This document shows positions 58,747 through 64,000 of a DNA stretch of 64,000 bases, piece by piece. The notes beneath the pieces were generated by a model. It had not been told where the DNA came from. It worked only from the letters and a program-made list of their open reading frames with translations, and did not search any database. The position numbers were made by a program, and so were the translations under genes. The stretch's first letter is position 1; every line of letters starts with the position of its first letter. The stretch covers positions 49,315 to 113,314 of the forward strand of contig CAVUHW010000028.1 in the NCBI GenBank assembly GCA_963741205.1, read 5' to 3'. Source of the DNA: Nitrospirota bacterium. GTDB taxonomy: Bacteria > Nitrospirota > UBA9217.

Positions 58747-59325
58747 TTACACGATAGCGTCAAGGATAATGAACAGGATATTTTCACATACCAGGATCAG
58801 GATTGCAAGAACAAGGAAAACCTTTGACAGCTTGGAGGGAGAAACTCCGATAGCGCCGAAGAGGATAAAGGTGCCGACGAACCAGAAGACAGACACCCAC
58901 ATGAGGTTCCAAGGGGCCACCCAAAGGATCAGTGCCGATATGAACGCGCCGAGCGTCAGATACGGCAGCCATATATTCACCAGGAGCTTTCCGTTTCCGT
59001 GAACGGCGCGCCGCGCCCTGAGCGAGGTGATGAGAAAAACCTGCCACCAGGAACCGAGAAAGAAAAACATGACCCCGTACCGGTCGAGACGGTGAAGGAC
59101 CTGTGCGAGCAGCGGCAGCCGATGGTTCTCGATATTGTAGATCGTGAACAGAAAGATCGCCGGGATAATGCCGAGAAACACGTACCCAAGCGCGTCCATG
59201 ATGACGGCCCTGGTCGATTCCCTGCCCGATGTTCTTCGGTCTTGCCGCGCCGTAAGAAAGAACTCGACGCCGGTCGTGAGCGGAACAATCAGATACGCGA
59301 GTTGCTGATACCGGTAGCTTTCCAG
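58747..59325 (-). CDS. Multi-pass membrane hypothetical protein (start uncertain; the ORF extends to 59433)
   Basis: About 6 hydrophobic segments; GGAGG 7 nt before an in-frame CTG at 59325. Confidence 0.65.
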   Translation of the reverse strand: MESYRYQQLAYLIVPLTTGVEFFLTARQDRRTSGRESTRAVIMDALGYVFLGIIPAIFLFTIYNIENHRLPLLAQVLHRLDRYGVMFFFLGSWWQVFLITSLRARRAVHGNGKLLVNIWLPYLTLGAFISALILWVAPWNLMWVSVFWFVGTFILFGAIGVSPSKLSKVFLVLAILILVCENILFIILDAIV

Positions 59326-59499
59326 TGAAGTTCCTCCCTCCCTTGACAGACTGGAACCCACAAGGACTGGAACCCCGAAATTTCCTAAGGAGAATATTAA
59401 TGTTTCCTTCCCCCGCATGTCAAAGAAAATCACATAAAAAATGCAGGAAAACGGTCAAATTTTTGATTTTTATATGATGTAATGTTATAATTAGAGTCA

Positions 59500-59994
59500 A
59501 TGAAACGGACTACCATGAACTTTACCGGAATCTTTCTTGTCTTCCTGACGGCAAGCATCACGGCTTTGCAAACGTCAGCCGCAGTCAAGGCATGGGTCCG
59601 TCCCGCTGCTGCTGACCGGTGCTCGGTATGCGGAATGTTCGTGTCGAAGTACCCGGCCTGGACAGCCGAAATCGTTTTCACCGACGGGTCGTACGTCGTG
59701 TTCGACGGTGCAAAGGACATGTTCACGTATTACCTCGATATCGGGAAATACAGCCCGTCTAAAAAGCGGGAAGATATCGCGTCGATGTATGTCATGGATT
59801 ACTACGCGGTATCGTACATCGATGCTCGGACGGCTTATTACGTCAACGGCAGCGACGTCCGCGGACCGATGGGCAACGAACTCATTCCGTTTGCGTCGGA
59901 GGCCGATGCCCGGGCATTCAAAGAAGACCACAAGGGGAAGGCGGTGCTCGTCTTCAGCGCCGTAACACCCGCAATTCTGAAGGGGCTTAAGTAA
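59500..59994 (+). CDS. NosL family exported metal (Cu)-binding protein
   Basis: CSVCGMFV, FDGAKDM, GSDVRGPMGNELIPF, FKEDHKG. Confidence 0.9.
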   Translation: MKRTTMNFTGIFLVFLTASITALQTSAAVKAWVRPAAADRCSVCGMFVSKYPAWTAEIVFTDGSYVVFDGAKDMFTYYLDIGKYSPSKKREDIASMYVMDYYAVSYIDARTAYYVNGSDVRGPMGNELIPFASEADARAFKEDHKGKAVLVFSAVTPAILKGLK

Positions 59995-60023
59995 GAACGA
60001 TAACATCGCAAAAACCGGATTTA

Positions 60024-60110
60024 TCACAGAGGACACCGAGATATTCCCGTTGTAAATGAATCTTTTCTTGAGTTGTTCTCTGCGTCCTCCGCATCCTCTG
60101 CGGTGAAAAG
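60024..60110. repeat. Intergenic element with 9-nt periodic arms
   Basis: TCACAGAGGACACCGAG versus CTCTGCGTC-CTCCGCATC-CTCTGCGGTGA. Confidence 0.7.
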
Positions 60111-60131
60111 CATCCTGCGAGTTCATTCACC

Positions 60132-60434
60132 ATGCGAAAATCGACGCTGTTCATGGCATCTATCGCCTTCATGACGGTCCTTCTCTGCCTTGCCTTCGCG
60201 CACGCGCAGGCTCGGCAAAGGTCCGACATGCCGCTCCTTCTGAAAAACGCGTACATGGTCGGCCTTTTCGAACTCACCGATCTTTGCCTTTTCACGGATG
60301 CGCAGTACACGAGAAATCCCGCGGTTGTGGGAGTCAGCACGCCGTTTCAAGACTATCCCTTATCGTTTGAACATTTTCCGTCGGGTTCACTGTCGAGTCC
60401 GCCGCCGCGATTGGTGAGCCATGAGCAGGATTGA
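60132..60434 (+). CDS. Small exported/membrane hypothetical protein
   Basis: Hydrophobic N-terminus; LTDLCLFTDAQYTRNP...PFQDYPLSFEHFPSGS; overlaps the next gene. Confidence 0.75.
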   Translation: MRKSTLFMASIAFMTVLLCLAFAHAQARQRSDMPLLLKNAYMVGLFELTDLCLFTDAQYTRNPAVVGVSTPFQDYPLSFEHFPSGSLSSPPPRLVSHEQD

Positions 60435-61557
60435 AAAGCAGCGGCACATACTCGACTTCACCCTGTCATCGCTCCTCCGGCGCAAGGGAAAGAACGCCGC
60501 GCTTGTGCTCGTCTACACGTTCATCGTTTTCATGCTGGCCTCGGTCATGTTCTTCACCCATGCCATCAAAAGAGAGGCCTCGCTCGTATTGAAAGACGCG
60601 CCGGAAATCATCGTGCAGCGCTTCGTTGCCGGCAGGCAGGCGCTCGTGCCGGCCGAATATGCGGAGAAGATAAGGACGATCCGGGGCGTCAGCGCGGTCA
60701 AAGGGAGGCTATGGGGTTATTATTACGACCCCGTCTTCGGCGGCGCAAACTACACCCTCATGGTCCCTGCTGATTTTCCTTACAGCGACGGCACGATTGT
60801 CGTGGGCAGCGGCGTCTCCCGGAACAGCCGCTCGGTCGAGGACAACATCCTCCCCTTCAAGGCGCAGGACGGGTCCCTCACTACCTTCCGGATCGGCGAG
60901 GTGCTTTCATCCGATTCGGAGCTGGTCTCTGCGGACCTCGTCCTGATGTCGGAACATGATTTCAGGGAGCTCTTCGGCGTCTCTTCGCAATACGTCACCG
61001 ACCTAACCCTCTCCGTCAGGAATCCGAAGGAATTCGTTACCATCGCCCACAAGATCGCGGACCTCCTCCCCGACACGCGTCCCATCATGAGGGATGAGAT
61101 CCTTCGCACCTACGACGCGGTCTTCAGCTGGCGCGGCGGCATCCTGCTCGTGATCCTCATGGGGTCCGTCGCGGCGTTCGTCATTTTCGCCTGGGACAGG
61201 GCCACGGGCCTTTCCGCCGAGGAAAAAAAGGAGATCGGGATCCTCAAGGCCATCGGATGGGAAACATCGGATGTGCTGATGATGAAATTCTGGGAAGGCG
61301 TCGTGGTTTCGCTCTCCTCGTTTCTGGCGGGCATCCTTCTCGGCTACGGCCACGTGTTCCTCGGCTCAGCGGCCCTGTTCGAGCCTGTGCTCAAGGGGTG
61401 GTCCGTACTCTATCCACATTTCCGGCTTACACCCTTCGTCAGCGCCCCGGACGTGATCATCCTGTTTTTCATCACCGTTGTCCCTTATACCGTGATCACC
61501 ATCATTCCTTCCTGGCGCGCGGCAACAATCGACCCCGATTCGGTGATGAGGACGTGA
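60421..61557 (+). CDS. FtsX/LolE-like ABC permease
   Basis: One N-terminal TM, periplasmic domain, EKKEIGILKAIGW, IPSWRAA. Confidence 0.9.
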   Translation: MSRIEKQRHILDFTLSSLLRRKGKNAALVLVYTFIVFMLASVMFFTHAIKREASLVLKDAPEIIVQRFVAGRQALVPAEYAEKIRTIRGVSAVKGRLWGYYYDPVFGGANYTLMVPADFPYSDGTIVVGSGVSRNSRSVEDNILPFKAQDGSLTTFRIGEVLSSDSELVSADLVLMSEHDFRELFGVSSQYVTDLTLSVRNPKEFVTIAHKIADLLPDTRPIMRDEILRTYDAVFSWRGGILLVILMGSVAAFVIFAWDRATGLSAEEKKEIGILKAIGWETSDVLMMKFWEGVVVSLSSFLAGILLGYGHVFLGSAALFEPVLKGWSVLYPHFRLTPFVSAPDVIILFFITVVPYTVITIIPSWRAATIDPDSVMRT

Positions 61558-61690
61558 GACGGTTCATAGTTCATACAGCGTGCTATTTTGTCATACCCGC
61601 GAAAGCGGGTATGCCATTGGTTTTCCAACGCTAAGATCAAAATGGATTCCCGCTTTCGCGGGAATAACGATTCATACGAGACCATTTTTT

Positions 61691-62360
61691 ATGATTGAAA
61701 TCCAAAACATCCGCAAGGTCTTCAACGCCGGCAGGCATAACGAGTACATCGCGCTCGACGGGGTCAGCTGCTCCCTGCAATCGGGCAAGGTGACCGTCTT
61801 CAAGGGGCCGAGCGGCTCCGGCAAGACCACCCTCCTCGGCATCATCGGGTGCATGGCGCGTCCCACGTCGGGGCGGATCGTGCTCTCCGGCCGCGACATC
61901 ACGAGCCTGCCCGAGCGCTTTCTCACGGATGTGCGGCGCAGGACGTTCGGGTTCATCTTCCAGCAGTTCAACCTCATCAAGGGGATCACCGCGCTGGAGA
62001 ACGTCATGCTGCCCGCCTACCCCTTCGGCGAGCGGCGGCGGTCGCTCGAGGCGCGGGCGCTCCAGCTTTTCGACCTCTTTTCGATCGCCGGCCGCGCGCG
62101 GGAAAAGGCGGAATTGCTGTCCGGAGGAGAAATGCAGCGGGTTGCGATCGCCCGGGCGCTCATCAATGACCCGGCGACGATCATCGCCGACGAGCCCACG
62201 GCGCACCTCGACACGAAACTTTCCCGGGAGTTCATGGAGATCATTCGGGAACTGAAGCGCACGGGGAAAACGGCCGTTATCGCAAGCCACGATCCGCTCG
62301 TTTACGAATCGGAAATCGTCAGACAGCGTCATCTCCGTGAGAGACGGAAGGATAGAATGA
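61691..62360 (+). CDS. LolD-like ABC ATP-binding protein (frameshift near the end)
   Basis: GPSGSGKT, FQQFNL, LSGGEMQRVAIARAL, DEPT, ASHD. Confidence 0.92.
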
Positions 62361-63350
62361 TCCTCCATCCCGCCATCATCGCGCTCCTTACGGCATCGGC
62401 CCTCACGAGCCTCATGGTCGTGTACGCCGCCTACTACGGGTTTGTGATCCTCAGGACGCTGGGACCTCTCGAGCGGGAGCGAACTCCAACTGGGCCTCGA
62501 ACGGCGTACCTACCTCATCTCAACGATCCTCGGCTACGCGCTCGTCTTTCAGCTCGCATCCCTGTTCCTCTATATCTTTACCGTCGACAGCCTCTGCACA
62601 CTCTTCACCGGCGCCATGTGCGCCGCCGGAACGCTCAACGTGAACGCCTACGGCTATCCCGCGCTGATCCTGAAGATCGTAAACTTCCTCCTCGCCGGGG
62701 TCTGGCTGATCATCAACTATGCGGACAACCAGGCCTACGACTATCCGCTCATCAAGACAAAGTACCGGCTCCTCCTCGCGATCGCTCCGCTCATCGTCGC
62801 CGAAGCAGCCCTTCTCTACGCCTACTTCCTCGGCCTCAAACCCGACATCATCACCTCGTGCTGCGGCAGCCTGTTCAGCCGGGACTCGGCGGGCATCGCC
62901 TCGGACATAGTCGCGCTTCCCCCGTCGCCGATGGTGGCGTCGTTTTACGCGGCAGCCGCGCTTACGTTGCTGTCGGGTATTTATTTTTATCGGACAGGAA
63001 AGGCGGGATATCTTTTTTCCGTGATAAGCGGGATTATGGCCGTCATTGCGGTTACTTCGATATTCTCGTTTCTTTCGATCTACATCTATGAGCTGCCGTC
63101 GCACCACTGCCCGTTCTGCATCCTGCAGAAAGAGTACGGATACATCGGATATCCGCTGTACGCGGCGCTCCTCTTCGGCACGGTCAGCGGACTCGGCGTC
63201 GGCGCGCTCATGCCGTTTAAGACCGTCAACAGCCTGAAGCAGGTCGTCCCCGCACTGCAGAAACGGCTCTGCTTAACGGCTCTTTTCTGTTATGTGCTCC
63301 TCGCGGGAATCGCGACGTACAAAATCCTCACGTCAAACCTGGTGCTGTAG
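62357..63350 (+). CDS. Cys/His-motif multi-pass membrane protein (frameshift near 62455)
   Basis: GAMCAAG, ITSCCGSLF and YELPSHHCPFC motifs among about 8 TM segments. Confidence 0.8.
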
Positions 63351-63473
63351 GACCACCTGTCCTTCGTGGCTGAATTTTACCTTCGGGTTTGAGACGTCGA
63401 GTGCAATCTTGAAACCTCGAACCCGAAATTCAGAGCTCTAAACAAGTGCCCCCGAGAACAGATGGGCCGCCTT

Positions 63474-63508
63474 TAAAAAGAAAAGGACCGGGAATAATCC
63501 CCGGCCCC
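63474..63508 (-). terminator. Possible intrinsic terminator
   Basis: CCGGG...CCCGG stem next to an A-rich tract between convergent genes. Confidence 0.45.
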
Positions 63509-63533
63509 TGTCGTTCGGTCCTCCGTTTTTTCC

Positions 63534-64000
63534 CTACCAGCCCGAGGTCGATCCGACCACCTTCTTGAGTATCAACAGCGCATCCGCAGCCGTTATCTGA
63601 GTATCCGGAACAGGGACCCCGTCTGCGCCAAGCGGCGCAACATCGCCGTGCAGAGTATTCACCGCGGAAGGCGGTACAAGGCCGACCGAAATCTGCAGGG
63701 CCTTCAAGGCATCGGCGATATCCACTTTCCCGTCGCCGTTGACATCACCATCAGGGACGAAAACCGCCTTGATCGAATGGCCTCCCGTGACAGTTGAGAA
63801 GGTAAAGGAAGCCTGCGCCCCTTGAGGCACACCGTCAACGATCACATTCACGATGTTATAGCCCGGAGTCGGCGTGAAGGAGAATGTCTGGCTCGTGCCA
63901 TGGGTGACCGGTACATCGCCCGTCGGCGTCATGGTACCCCTGGTGTCGCTTGTCGCCGCAATCGTATACGTATTGATGGCGAAGGAGGCCGTGATCGCTA
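63534..64000 (-). CDS. C-terminus of a large surface protein with InlB-B/Ig-like repeats and a dockerin-type domain (5' end outside the window)
   Basis: SQTFSFTPTPGY...HSIKAVF; GDVNGDGKVDIADAL...GDVAP...ITAADALLIL. Confidence 0.8.
   Translation of the reverse strand, partial: AITASFAINTYTIAATSDTRGTMTPTGDVPVTHGTSQTFSFTPTPGYNIVNVIVDGVPQGAQASFTFSTVTGGHSIKAVFVPDGDVNGDGKVDIADALKALQISVGLVPPSAVNTLHGDVAPLGADGVPVPDTQITAADALLILKKVVGSTSGW

Noticed and set aside
59500-59994. NosL-like gene as evidence of N2O respiration
   Set aside because: No nosZ, nosD or nosR in the window; NosL-like domains occur outside nos clusters.

Overview
GC-rich bacterial chromosomal segment, probably from an anaerobe of the Nitrospirota/deltaproteobacterial type (inferred from gene content only). 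It is mostly housekeeping and mostly on the minus strand: purA, serA, a class-V aminotransferase, apt, two-subunit fumarate hydratase, mdh, a CorC/HlyC protein, a GspE/PilB ATPase, uppS-cdsA-dxr-rseP-ispG-proS, a GH57 glucanotransferase, split glutamate synthase, tolQRAB, two moeA genes, trxB, a GAF-GGDEF protein and dnaJ-hspR-clpB. Accessory genes include tandem Ig/beta-propeller lipoproteins, a SagB-like nitroreductase, a di-heme protein, a NosL + ABC transporter + Cys-rich membrane protein operon and a dockerin-bearing surface protein. Many essential genes are broken by single-base frameshifts, which look like sequencing/assembly indels, so gene limits are reconstructed by eye. Most notable: (1) an exported DUF1573-like protein whose conserved S-C-G-C motif reads S-TGA-G-C, followed by a bacterial SECIS-like hairpin (candidate selenoprotein); (2) several families of ~70-130 bp intergenic elements with inverted arms built from 7-nt or 9-nt tandem units; (3) a terminator hairpin inside the glutamate synthase leader; (4) a di-heme gene bracketed by a duplicated gene 3' end plus hairpin; (5) a nosZ-less NosL/ABC operon. 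No rRNA, tRNA, CRISPR array or transposase was seen.
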